Assembly: GCA_002633005.1 (NCBI GenBank)
Contig: NMRA01000041.1
Location: forward strand, 354,954-418,953
Origin: Phoronis australis
Lineage: Eukaryota; Animalia; Phoronida
Reading direction: 5' to 3'
Length of the DNA: 64,000 nucleotides
Numbering within the stretch: position 1 is the stretch's first letter; every line of letters begins with the position of its first letter. Positions 25,692-38,568 of this stretch are shown one piece after another. A program made the translations under genes and the position numbers. Under the pieces are notes generated by a model that searched no databases, was not told where the DNA came from, and was given only the letters and a program-made list of their open reading frames with translations.

Positions 25692-26032
25692 TCATACGTG
25701 GGGCACCTGTTCCGAGGAACTTGAAGCTGTCGGTGTCTCTGGACAAGAATAAGGAACAGGTATAGAAAAGCACATCTAATACCACATTGCAGTTATTTCA
25801 AATGTATCTGCCCTACACATTAGGAAAAATGGCTATGACATCTTGACTATGTAAATCAATAGATTGGTATTGGATGGGGAATGGGAACTTTATTTTTTGC
25901 CAAGTTGGGAGTGGGTGTTTAGTCCAGTCAACTGTTTGAGCTAATAGATGATACATAGGACGCAAAACGTTAGGGAATTGTTTGTGTTGTGGGAAGCAGT
26001 TTTCTTTTTTTTAGCATTCAAAAAATGCAAGG
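25692..26032 (+). repeat. Duplicate of 24963-25303 including the 3' part of a RECQL4 exon (probable assembly artefact)
   Basis: Offset 729, one visible substitution, begins right after a single N at 25691. Confidence 0.88.
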
Positions 26033-27115
26033 GTGATTTGAGAAATGAAGACTGGTGTTTTTAAAAAGGGTGTTTACTACTGAACATGGGTGTTCAAAAG
26101 TCAAGATTTGCTAAATTATGGGTGTTAAAATAAAAGACTGATCTGATGTATTCGTTAAGTACTATTAAGTAAGCTGATATGAAACTGCCTCAAACATAGA
26201 TCTAGAATTGTAAGAATATGTCGATATGGTATCCTACATCGGTGTAGATCAAAAATCTGCTAACTTACTATAAACTGCATGCTTTAAGAGTTTTAGGAAA
26301 ATTGTAGCATGCTGGCATAGGGCTTGTCCTGCATTGACATAGGGTCTAATAATTTACCAGTCTTTGACGAAATGTAGTGGCCTTGTGACAGAGCCCTTAT
26401 GAAACGTCAATTGCTCACAGTCGCATCTAAATCGCGCCTGCAGCACTCGGGTAATTTTAATCAAGTGAAAAGGTATCTATTGACCTATAGTTCAGATCTT
26501 ATCAATCATAAAGAAACCTCACGATATTTTTAAAGATGCACTGGGCCACAAATGCAGACGATGGATACACTGTAATTATGTCACTCATTGCCCCAGTAAT
26601 ACATGCTGGAATTGCCCTTTCCTTCAGTAGTTACATTTACATCAGACTAAAACTGATACATGTGCATGAACTGTTACAATTTTCAAAATTTGATATCGGC
26701 TGAAATTCAAATGTTCACAACATCAAGCAAGACCACTTAGGCCTATAATTTCATGTAATAAGCAGTCACAAAATCTTGATTTGCAAAAAAAACAACGTAT
26801 AAAATAACCCAAGTTTTATTTGGTTGGGTGCTTTGAGTTTATTGTTCAGTGTATTTGTGCCCATCTTCAGCCCCCAGTAAAGTTATTTGTCAGTGACTTT
26901 AAGCGTATGGGGAATAGGGCCGTACCAGAATACGTGGCTATAGCACTCTCCTTTGTCCTGGAGATAAGAAAGAGGGTGACCTCGTCTTCAAAATCTGACA
27001 CCTTTTCGCAGATTATGTCGAAGACCGGCGAGTTGTATACCCGTGGAAATTTTCCTGACTTCAACTGATAAGGGATATCTTCAAGAGAGGAAATTCTGTT
27101 CAGTTCAAAATTAAC

Positions 27116-27274
27116 TCAACAAACTTCGTTTGCCCGCTCCCTTTGCATTTTCCTGTCTCTCATTGATGTCGGGAAGGTGAAGAACTTCATGTCATTTGTC
27201 CATAGGTATTTGTCCTGTTTATCAAGCATTCTCATGTTGGAGTTGCAGCCCACAGCGCAGCAACAATTTAGCAT
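27116..27274 (-). pseudogene. Degenerate THAP-domain N-terminus (DNA transposon remnant)
   Basis: MLNCCCAVGCNS...KFFTFP; C-terminal C..HF not in frame. Confidence 0.55.
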
Positions 27275-27603
27275 TGGTAGGGCGTAAATGCCGATGAGAA
27301 AAACTTGTAAAAATGTAGATAAAAACAAAGAACATTTTGACTCCAATGGCACAGAAATGAGGCAGCAAAATATGTGCCTGCCTTCTGCTTATGATATTGT
27401 GTGCAATGAGATTCAAGTGTCGCTGATCCAGGATGGCCCCATTGTATTAATGTTCATGTTGTTTTTCTCTGACTTAATCCAGATGGCTTGTTTAACCGTA
27501 CCAACTTCATGTTGTTTTCCTGGTTTGTATTGTACTGTAAATGCACTGTAAATGAAGTTGTGAAAGCATGCTCCATAGCTTTATACTTACAACTTGTCTT
27601 CAG

Positions 27604-27754
27604 GCCTTGGTCCATCTGTTAGACGGAGAGCGATTTAGGAAGTGTGAGTCTGTGATCATATACTGCACACGGCGTGAGGAAACGGAGCGGCTTGCTACGC
27701 TGATACGCATACACTTCAAAGATGACCCAGAACTTGGTAAAAAAGGCAAAAAAG
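27604..27754 (+). CDS. RECQL4: RECQL4 exon, motif IV
   Basis: [16 protein letters not shown]; cttcag / gttagt (an alternative phase-1 donor after 27736 is possible). Confidence 0.9.
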
Positions 27755-28260
27755 GTTAGTTGCATTCTTAGCAGTGGTTTTGGAAAAAACATGTTTATGC
27801 GCGATATTTATTATTGTGCTTAATATCCTGTGGGCAATGTTTCAACCTTGTTTTTGTGCTAAATTGTGTTTCTTTATAATGTTGCTGTCACTTTTCACTT
27901 ACTTAATGTGTTCATCTCATCCTCCTTATGCCTCCAAAAAGATTTTAATTTTGGGTTTGGGGTTGATGTGCAGAAGGAGAAATTGAAAAACTACCCATGA
28001 ATATTGGATTTGTGGTTTGTTGTTTCCTTTTAAAGCTGAAAGTACCCCTATGTTGTGTACATTCCTTCTGTTGTCTATTTTCTTCACAGCTTAAAAGTTG
28101 AGTGTATATCTTGCTGTAGCTATATATTGCGCAAACAAACAGCATACTTGATTTTGCGAAAATGTGGCTTTGTCGGTCACTTGCCTTTATTGACCCTGGT
28201 TATTGGTCAGTGTTGTAGCCATTTAATTTTCTCCATGTGTATGGTAGCTTTCATCCGTAG

Positions 28261-28514
28261 GCACTGAGCTGGTCGAATGCTACCACGCCGGGCTGACTGC
28301 CGCCAAGCGTACACGTGTCCAGAAAGCCTTCATGACAGGCCGACTGTGCATTGTCATTGCGACTGTAGCATTTGGCATGGGCTTAGACAAGTCAGACGTT
28401 CGTGCTGTCATCCACTTCAACATTCCACGCAGTTTTGAGAGCTACGTGCAAGAAATTGGACGAGCAGGCCGTGATGGAATTGAGGCTCATTGTCATCTGT
28501 TTCTTGACCCAGAG
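28261..28514 (+). CDS. RECQL4: RECQL4 exon, motifs V-VI
   Basis: YHAGL...[17 protein letters not shown]...[12 protein letters not shown]; cgtag / gtgaga. Confidence 0.97.
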
Positions 28515-28915
28515 GTGAGATTTTAAATTCTACATTTCAGAAAAATCTGTTTTGCTGTTAACTGAGAATTTTGTTTTGAAGTCTTGGGAGTTGCCAATTA
28601 CTTTGGACACACAGGATGGGGTAATTTTAAAAAATCATGTCAAAGTTAGATTACATTTACCAGTCTTATGTCAAAACTTGCAAAGGAAGTGTGTCGAAAT
28701 AAGACCAGAAGTTTTATTGATATTGTATTACAATAGTTTGTGGTTTTAGGAATGAATATGAAATAAAAACTTTCTAGTTTTAGGGATGAATATGAAATAA
28801 AAACTGTCTAGTTTTAGGGATGAATATGAATGTCAAATAAAAACTGTCTGAGTGGTACCACTTTTACACTTTTAGTTTTGGTGATTTAATCTTTCCAAGT
28901 AAGTTAGTTTTAATT

Positions 28916-28961
28916 GGCAGTTGTTGTAGCAGTAGTAGTAGTAGTAGTAGCACCAACAGCT

Positions 28962-28994
<33 letters not shown>

Positions 28995-29000
28995 GCAGCA
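28916..29000. repeat. (GTA)n/(GCA)n microsatellite
   Basis: Direct reading. Confidence 0.9.
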
Positions 29001-29382
29001 TTGGTAGGCGTATTTCTCAATATTATTAGGCATCTATATTGTACTGAAATGAAGCGGTTTTACATCCTTTTTAAGTGTCTGAATAAATTTACATTGTACG
29101 GTTATGAAATATATGACAACAGTAACGCACAGACCTATACGTCGCACACCCCAAAAATAAAATTGCATCCAGGTTTTTTTCTTCACTATCTTGTATCCAT
29201 TCATTACTTTAACTGATTTCTGCCAGTGTACTCAGAATTAAAAGCCGGGTCTCCCAAAGGAAAATCTGGAGCTCAAACTACTAGCGTACCCTTTCTCCAC
29301 GAGATAATTTAAAAATAATATGTTGTGCACTTGACATTTACTTATCCGCGTCGTGGTACAATTGATTGTCTGCTGTTTACAG

Positions 29383-29514
29383 GGACGAGACTTAGCAGAA
29401 CTACAGAAGCATATTTACGGTAACACAGTGGACCGTGTGGTCGTAAAGAGACTGGTGAGGAGCGTGTTCACACCCTGCAAGTGTAGGAAATTGGCAGAAT
29501 CATGTGGTAACAAG
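29383..29514 (+). CDS. RECQL4: RECQL4 exon, start of RECQL4 zinc-binding domain
   Basis: GRDLAELQKHIYGNTVD...VFTPCKC; ttacag / gtcagt. Confidence 0.9.
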
Positions 29515-29611
29515 GTCAGTGGGGCACGTTTATCATGGAGAAAAAATTGGAATACATAAATCTTAACTTGGCATGTAAATACAGATCGCAAACATCTTTT
29601 CCGCTCACTAA

Positions 29612-29789
29612 CTGTTGGACACATCTCATGACCTAATAAATATACATGTAAGTCTGAAAAGATTTCTGTCCCAATAGGGACTCTACTGCAGGATCTCCTG
29701 CGTAGTTAGAAGGTCCCAGGTTCGAGTACCACTTGGGGCAGAAATCTTTTCACTCTTATATTAATTAGGTCATGTTATGTGGCCAACAG
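29612..29789. repeat. Foldback element with tRNA B-box-like motif
   Basis: ctgttggacacat..catgacctaat..gaaaagatttctg.cccaa mirrored; ggttcgagtacc inside. Confidence 0.6.
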
Positions 29790-30393
29790 GTGGCGTGCAG
29801 AAACCAGGCTTAAATTGTGTGAACAAATATGATCATGCTGCGCAAAACCAGACCAGTGAATTTGGATTTTGAAACGGAGGTTTGTCTCGGAGTTGTTGAA
29901 GTAATCAGTAATAAGTGGTTTGATTACGAGACTGTCTTCTGGCATTATTTTGTCATCCTACAAGATAAGTGACAACTAAAATGTTGACCTCAAGCAGTTT
30001 GAAGCAAATTGTTTGTATGTACGATGTATGTAATGTATGTAATGTATGTATGTATGTATGGAGGGGCCGACGGATGGCTGTATGACCTACTTTTTGATTG
30101 GTTTTGAACCAAAACCATTTCACTATTTTGTGCCATGCTTGTGCCATATTGCATTACACGCTACATTTTCTTTTGTCCTTCATCCATACAAGCCAGCATT
30201 GCTGCTGAACCTCATGCTACGAGAGCTCTCTTCAATCCTTCATACCATTTTCTCCTGCTTTGAGGTGTTTGTGCAGTGATGGGATTTTTTCCTTGGAATG
30301 ATATCTGTTGGCAACTCAGCTATGTTTCTTTGCCTCACTGTGTTTTTGATAAAAATCTTAATCATGTTAAGTGCGTTTCTTTTCAAATTGTAG

Positions 30394-30487
30394 TCAAGTG
30401 AAGAGGTTTCTTCAAGGGTCTGTCCTGGTCATGAGAGGGCGCTGTCCATTGCCAGCTTGGTGAATTCACTTGATATGAAAGAAGAAG
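30394..30487 (+). CDS. RECQL4: RECQL4 exon
   Basis: RVCPGHERALSI...LDMKEE; ttgtag / gttagt. Confidence 0.9.
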
Positions 30488-32340
30488 GTTAGTTGTCTTA
30501 GGCTCAATATTTCAGATTCCCACAAGTATAATGCTGTTTTGTAAACACTCTGTGAGGGTCGGCAAGTCAAGAAGGGTTGACTTCAATACTTTATTAAGAT
30601 ACCTGAAACAATACACAGTTATACAATTTTTCTCTGTTTCGGTTCACAAAAATAGAAACAAAAACTACATAACAAAAACTTCACAATTTAGACAAAAATG
30701 AAAATACAACCGTAATGGGAAATGAAATAACCTCCCATCCTCTTTCTAAAGCCAAAGGTACACTGCCCACCCAAGTATGTAGAAAACAATTCAGCACACA
30801 CACCAGTTCACACGCAAATGTAAGTCATATGATTATGCAAATTCCATTCAGCCTACAAACAACTATGAATAAACACGTGGATATGAGGCTCTGTGAACAA
30901 ACTAACGTAAAATATCTTACACCCACCTTCTCTCAAAAAGTAACCTTTGATTTAGACCACTTATCTTGCTGAAACTGGTTTCAACTTCTTCCTTAGTCCA
31001 GTCAGAAGTTATGTCATTATTGCTTGAAACCAGGCTCATAAAATGTTGACTTAACTTGACTGGTCATTTTCTGTACAGTGTCTGGTCTGAAGATAGAAGC
31101 AAAGTGTTGACTCATAAAACCCGAAAATGAACAAGTTGAGTCCAGTTTTATATGAATGATAAGTGCTCTAAATCAAAAGCATTTTTGGCTGAAAGAAACA
31201 CTGTTTATTGGTGCAACCATAGCAAGTAATGTCAGTTCAACTGAACATGTAGACCAGAGGCTGATTTCAATGGTTGGAATTTAGGAATAAATTCTCTCAA
31301 GAGAGTGATTGGGGAAAGGTAACAGCCAATTGAAATAAAAATCTGTGGTATCATTCGTCCTTGTTTTCTGACATTGTGCTATTGAACAATCATTATAATT
31401 AAAGAACTGAGTTTTGGTCTTAAACATGGTTACTACTCATAACGAAAAATGTGAAAGTGACAAAAGTAGTTTTCATGCATGAAAAATTCATTAAAAGAGG
31501 AAATGAAAAGAGGCATAAAATGATAGAAAACTAATCCGACTTGTAAAATTCATTACCTCATTTTGTGTGTCATGTAGTTAGTCAATGCATTCAAAACTTC
31601 TTCTTTGGCAACAATCATTTTAAAGAATTACTATTTGTCTACTTTTTACAGGAAACATTCGTAAAAAATGAAAATGACACCATTGAAAATTGTGGGTAAA
31701 CAGGGAAATTGAGAAAATTTAAATATTAAGAATTACGTTGAGCGCAGCCACCGTCTGCAAATCTTGGAGTTTGTATGAGACCATTTCAGACCTTTCTTGA
31801 CCCCAGTATTATGTGGTTGAGGAGTATTATCAAGGATCGCCTGTGTGGCCTCAGATTTCATTTGGCAATCTGATATTCATAATATCCCAAGTAAATAGAT
31901 GGGAGTTGGAATCAGAAGGTTTGTTTATGAGAAATGTAAAGATAACACGTATCAATTGTCACTTCGTGCTATACAAAGTGAGGCTGCGATATTGAGCCTG
32001 AGGGGGCAACTAGTCGGTGTCAAGCATGTGAGACAATGATTTATCCTGAAAACCACTGTCTGAGCTACCTGGCAGACATTTGCTGAGTTGAGGAGTTCAG
32101 TTAGGCATCTTGTTTGCCGTCTGAGTGTTGTTTGTAAGTGTTGGGACTATCACTACCCCGCTCATGTGGTTTCATTGTTTTGATGATCTCAGTTAATAGT
32201 CAGCAACCTGGACATTTTATCAGGTCGCATTCGGCAAATTGACGTTATGCTAAGCTTCAAGCCCAGCTTAGCCGAGGAAGTAAGTCACATCCTACTGATG
32301 GTGGTGTGAAATTGGAGCTTTGTTTCTACTTTCCATTCAG

Positions 32341-32471
32341 GTGTGTCCACATTGCTAATTTACCTGGAGCTCCATGAGAAGCAGTTCGTGGACAACATGA
32401 GACCAGTCTATGGTATGTGCAAGATTAAGTGTTACAGCGGTCCGCGGCAGTTACAGGAAATTGCCAAAAAG
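32341..32471 (+). CDS. RECQL4: RECQL4 exon
   Basis: VSTLLIYLELH...CKIKCYSGPRQLQEIAKK; ttcag / gtttgt. Confidence 0.92.
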
Positions 32472-33294
32472 GTTTGTGAACTTTGCCACACATAATACTG
32501 AAGAATTATACCTTGTTGCTAAGTGCTCAAAAATCTCTAGGTTAGTGGAAGTTCACTCTACGGTAGCAAATGTTTTTAAATATTATTATTATTGCAATGC
32601 TTCTTCTGTAACATTCATCTCTAAGTAAACACTACATTTCTTGTCATTTTTAATTAATTTGTTTTTGGCAGTTGAGCTTTGTTATACAAAATAACTGGGG
32701 TCATATTTTTCTACTTAAAAGTAATTGTTGAAGTCAGTTCAACTTCATGGTTATTGTGAGTGTGAATCTGTCATTAAATATCACAATTAATTTTGGGGTC
32801 TCTGGTGCAACGTGGTGAAGGCTTTGAAGACTATTTTAAAATTCTTTTTTGTGGGAAGAACATTTTTTGTGAGAAGAGAATTCTTTTTGTTGGGAGAGAG
32901 AGAGGGAGGGAGGAAGGGAAAGAGAAGTACATGATAGGGTGGCCATCAAGGGAACAGGCCACTAATAGATTTACCATATCGCAATCTCTTTTAATTTACA
33001 AACAAATGTCCTAGTAATTGTAAGGATTTTAATTCCTAATTCAGTATTTTTGAATAGTTGTGTGTTTTCTCATTTTCAATAGCAGTTTCGTGTTAGTTTC
33101 TGTTTATTGCTCACATTTCACTTTGTGTATCCGTCTGTAATTTATTGTATTGTATTATAATTGTCTACTCTTTTAGTGTGTAATTATTATCAATCCTTTC
33201 TTTTTTGCTGTGTTGGTGCTCAGCTGCTAGTGGCCTGTGTTTACTAGCAACTCAATTGTTTTCTTTCTCAATGTGAATCACCTTTGGCTTGCAG

Positions 33295-33463
33295 TGCCCT
33301 CCAGTGGCTATCGCCATCGCTTTGGAAAAGAAAAAAGGCTTGTCTCACTGTCAGGTGTCAAGTCTGGAATTTAATGTGGTAGAGCTGAGTGACATGATGG
33401 GCTGGCAGTCTGGTCTTGTCAAACAAAACTTGAAACAGCTCTGCTGGAACGTGACAGAGCAAG
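33295..33463 (+). CDS. RECQL4: RECQL4 exon
   Basis: CPPVAIAIA...LEFNVVELSDMMGWQSGLVK; ttgcag / gtaggt. Confidence 0.92.
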
Positions 33464-34363
33464 GTAGGTTGAACTAAAGTGCAAAATAATAAAATGAAAT
33501 GTCTCCAAAGGTCTTGCACCAGAAAAAATTAAACGGCACCGACAAATTACGTGTAGCTAGGCTGAAAGTTTAAGTGGACATTTTCCTGTTTGCAGTCGAA
33601 TATGCAATTTGGGGATTATTGATGAATAGGATAGAAAAACAGGGTTTTTTGTAGTTTTATTACAGTCAAGTTGCCGTTATCTGACGGTCATTTGCTGCAA
33701 TCGAGGTTTGTGACTTCCATTTGAATTATTATTACTTAAAATACTGTCTTATTAAAGGCGTGGGCTGAGTAGAGCATCCTGCTGCTACTGTGGAAATAGT
33801 TGATAGATGTTTTATTTCTTTGTTGCATAATTATAAAAAACGTTTATGATTTAAATTTTTGGATTTGACTTTAGTCTAGAAGGCAAGGTACCAACTCTTT
33901 TTGTCAATTCTGACTATTGCAGCAACCCGTCGTGGTACAATTGTTGTCTCCTTGTACCTTACATGAAACTGATAATAAACACCGCAAGAAACGTATCATT
34001 TTCAGTGCATTGTGGGTGAATGTCAACTCTTGTTTCAATTCCTTAGTGTTGTGGTGTGTGAAAGCACCCAAAATTGCATGAATTCAAAGTTATGTGCCAT
34101 GTAGCACACTGTAGTGTCTTGTACTTTGTCTTGCTCCACTGCAATTGTTCAGTAGTAAAATTGGCATCACATTTTAAGTTTAAACATTTTTGTACTTGTT
34201 TATGTCAGCACCCCATCGCATTAAAGTTGATACTGATGAGTAATGTTTTTACAACAGGTGTATGAAATGTGCACTTAAACAATTAGATATTAATCAACAA
34301 GTAATTGAATAGCTTTAAGTTAGTTTTTGAGCAAACTCTGTAGTCTGCTATCACCCTTGCCAG

Positions 34364-34541
34364 GTGCCCGTCGCAGCGGTGTGCTGGTGGAGTTCTCCGA
34401 TTTGTGTTTTCACATGCGTGCACCGGGAGACCTCACTGATGATGAGCTTGACATGGTCACAGACTACCTGTACCGCAGGGTAATGTCTCAGGAGTGTTCC
34501 CAGTTGAGTCAACTGCATTACCTGTATGAGAAACTGTCAAG
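34364..34541 (+). CDS. RECQL4: RECQL4 exon
   Basis: SGVLVEFSDLCFHMRAPGDLTDDELD; gccag / gtgagt. Confidence 0.92.
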
Positions 34542-36337
34542 GTGAGTTGAAAAAAGACTCCAGGGAAATACACTTAAAGACAATCTGGATGTCAAATTGC
34601 AAAAGTAGTTACCGTATTCACCCGAATAACCACCCATGCCCCTATAAGCGTCCCCCTCTCGTTTTCAGACTTTGCTAAAATAAGTGCCCAGCCCATGAAC
34701 GTGTACGTGCGAAAAATACCTTATCTGCAGTCCTAAAATTTTACTGCAACATCTTCAATTTATCAATAATATCCGACAGTTCTGAAAAAATCATTGTGCA
34801 CGGAGTTTGTACACCACGAGCCTTGCCGCGATGTCGGTGTTAAGCCGTGACTATACACTTCAAACTTCCTCCGTGAACGCAAAAGTTCTGCTGATCTTGC
34901 GAGGAATGTGTCCCACTATGGTCTGGCCTTTCAGAGCAGATGCAGCGTACTTGTCAACGGGATTGTATTGTCTGTTTCCTGCCCTCCAAATTTCTTTGTA
35001 CACGGGAAAACCGCTAATCGAAGATTAATAAAAAAAATTGACCGCTGTTAAAAGCACGTGGCCTGGAAGCGCACACTACATGTACCTGTCATCAAAGACA
35101 TATAGCCAGGAGCTATCCATTCATGAAATGGGTAGCATAGAATCGGCAAGAAATGAACATTTGGCACTAATTTCCAACAGTTTCTAACACCATCAAAATT
35201 TTTGCGTTATTTTTAAGAGGGGTTGTTTTATTAATCATAACTGGTGTTTTTAAAGCCAAATATCCAATAAAATGACCACTGACAGCGAATGCTTACACAC
35301 GCTTCAACCAAAAAAACTGTCAGACAGTCAGGTACGCATCCAGAAACACGGTGACTAATGTGTGGGTCTTACCGAGACAATTGTCGAACGTTTTTCAGCA
35401 GATGAGACCAGCAAGTGCTGAATCAAACATGTTCTGCTTTACTGCTGTGCTAATTTCTTTTACATACAATGCACATCTAGGTCGTTAGATTGTGTACTCT
35501 GGCAAATGAACTCTAGTGACATGCACACGCTCGCTTACTCACATAGTACGCAGACGAACTTCAAAACAAACATCACGTGACAACATCATGTGTGTTCGTC
35601 CAAAGATTTTTCTCGTGTTGCCGGGTAGGCCTGTACAGTCACAGATTACACCATCTAGCACAGATATGGACTTAACCTGACATTAATGCCGACTCCACGG
35701 GAACTTAAAAATCTTAGGGATGCTATTTGAAAAACTTATAAGGAAGATTTCGGGTAATTTGCTTGAGTTGAAGCTATTTTTGTTCAAGCACTCAAGTTGC
35801 CATATTGACGATTGCAAGGCAGTTAGTCGTCGAGGATTTTAGCACAATTTTAATCTGTCAAATGATCGTAATTTAACAACAAAGTTTGATAGCAATGCAC
35901 CACAATTTTGTAGAAAGTCTGTCGTAGGTTACAGATACGTCACAGAGCATAAATATGATGAATCTTAGCTTCCGATTTCACCATTTGGGAGACATTATAG
36001 GCATTACATGTAACTATGTCAATTCCATGGGAGGATGGGTTGCTTAAATTTATTTCAAATGATGGCACAGTTTTATGGTCTGTCATTTTTCATGCTATTT
36101 TACGGTGAGATTTAAATTGGGTAGCTTGTCAGTCTGATACTCTAACATGATCGAAACTGCTGAATCAGATGGTTGATGAAATAACCAACGGGAATGTGCT
36201 AGAAGTGTTAATAGGTCCTAAACTGTTTGCAGGATCTTTGCTAAATTCAGCTAGTGTATTTATATGATGTTGACAACCAATGACAACAGTTTTCGGACGG
36301 ATCTGACTACCTGAAAGCCCCGTAGTGGCAGTTTTAG

Positions 36338-38568
36338 TTTTTATGCACCCACATATTTTTATGTGGACGCATTATGCCGTCATCTGCGTCTGTCCGGGCG
36401 GCGTCTGCTGCTCTATCTCCAAAACCAATTGACGTATGCTCATGAAATTTTCCACGTGTTCCTTTCATTAATAGGACGGCATGAGCGAACTTTCGGATGG
36501 ATCCGACTATTGGTGTGCCCCCTAGTGGCAGTTTTAGTTTTTTACGTTTACCTCTGTATCTTCAAAGGTCCTCAAGGTATTTTCATGAAATTTGGTATAT
36601 AGGCATCTATTATTCCGTTGCGTTCATACTTTCTGAACAAAACTCTACTCTCTACTGAACATAGATACAGTAACTGACCAAGCGACATAATTAAATGAGC
36701 AGCAAACAGGGTCGCGCCGCATGTTACACTTGTTTGCGTGACTTTCCTGTTACCCCAATTCATTAGTCATTCTTTGCAGTATTTCACACACGCCGTGTCT
36801 CACTGTGTGTGTCGTCAGCTTATACTCTGTGGTGGCATTACTGCGTCATTTTATCTTCACTTGAGAATGAAACAAGTATGTTTCGAAATATCGTGTGTCT
36901 TTTAATTATGTCGCTTGATCAGTTACTGTATCTATGTTCAGTAGAGAGTAGAGTTTTGTTCAGAAAGTATGAACGCAACGGAATAAAGACCGTGAACAGT
37001 GAAAAGTGTCGTGCATTCAACAAATTCTGTATAACAGAAAACTTGCTCCCGAAGTACAGTCAGGCATCTATTAGTGAAACGACGAAATCCTTCCGTCTTC
37101 GGATGGATTCGACGTAGTTTGCGCCACTTAGTGGCCATTTTTACTGTTTTCGAGCCTCTTTTTTGACGTCCACCCCTCTATCAACCAAACCGCTCTAAAC
37201 ATGATTGTGAAAGTTGGCATGTATGTTGAACTATGAAGAGGACGGTTGACGATGATTTTCCGATGACTTCAACTACTGTCGCACCGCCTAGTGGCAGTTT
37301 TGTTTTTTTTTGCGCCTATGGCTTTATCTCCTAAACTGTTTTGCCGCAACTTTACGAAATTTAGAAAGTGCATTTATATGATGTTGACAATGGAGGACGA
37401 CGACTTTCGGACAGTTCTGACTACTGGTGTGCCACCTAGTGGCAATTTTATTTTTTTTACATTTTCCTCTGTATCTTCAAAGGTCCTCAATGTATTTTCA
37501 TAGAATTTGACGTACAGGCTTCTGTTAGTGAGGTGACGCTATCTTTTCACTTTCAGATGGATTCGACCTATTTTGTGCCACCTAGTGGCCATTTTTACTG
37601 TTTTCGAGTCTGTTTTTGGCGTCCACCCCTCTATAGACCAAACAGCTTTCAGGATAATTGTGAAAATTGGCATGTTTGTTTTTACTATGAAGTGGACGGC
37701 TGACGATGATTTTCCATTGACTTCGACTACTTTGGCGCTTCCTAGTGGCAGTTTCTTTTTTGCGCCCATAGCTGTGTCTCCTAAACCCTTTGTAGGATCT
37801 TTACTAAATTTAAGAAGTGTGTTTATATGATGTTGACAACGAACGACAATGATTTTGGGATGGATCTGAGTACTGGTATACCCCCTGGTGGCAATTTAAG
37901 TTTACCTCTGTATCTTAAAAGGTCTTCAACAGATTTTCATAAAATTTTGAATACGGGCATCTATAGATGAGAAGATGCTATCCTCTCGTTTTTGTATGGA
38001 ATCGAGGTAATTTGTGCCACCTAGTGGCCATTTTTGCTGTTTTCGAGTCTGTTTTTTGGCGTGTACCTCTCTATTAACCAAATCATTCTAAGGATGGTTT
38101 TGAAATTTGGCGTATATGTTCTCAGTGTGAAGAGGATGGTTGATTATGACGGTTTTGACTACTCTGGCGCCTCTTAGTGGTAGTTTTGTTTTGTTTTGCG
38201 CCTATAGCTGTATCTCCTAAACCCACTGGAGGATCTTTACTAAATTTAGTAAGTGTATTGATATGAAGCGAACAACAGACAATGACGACTTTCAGGCGGA
38301 TCCAATGAACACTGTGCCCCCTAATGGCAATTTCATTTTATTCTGTTTTCCTTTGTTTCTCTAAAGTTCCTTGGTGGATTTCTATAAAATTTGGAATTTG
38401 TTGTATAGCTTTCTATTAAAGAAGCAATGACATGTTCCCATTTTCGGACGGATTGTATGTTCTTGCACCATCTAGTGTCCATTTGATGACATAAATGAGC
38501 AACCCTAAAAGAAGACCATTTGCGATGCATTTGTGGGTGCATTTCAACGCTCCGCATTGCTCTTGTTT
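36338..38568 (+). mobile_element. Complete HINE-like element nested in an older copy of its own family (36214-36337 + 38569-39186)
   Basis: 5' atgcacccacat..atgtggacgcat, GTCY repeats, ~450 bp units, 3' tgggtgcatttcaacgc..gctcttgtt; flanks rejoin into one satellite unit. Confidence 0.75.
36613..37061. mobile_element. 449 bp insertion with internal inverted repeat and 12 bp target duplication
   Basis: aggcatctatta at 36601-36612 and 37062-37073; ~85 bp inverted arms; related copy at ~22724-22925. Confidence 0.7.

Noticed and set aside
28914-29216. Poly-Val/poly-Ala ORF
   Set aside because: Translation of an intronic microsatellite
34610-34670. TACCGTATT start resembling a Tc1/pogo MITE terminus
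   Set aside because: Matching right terminus not found
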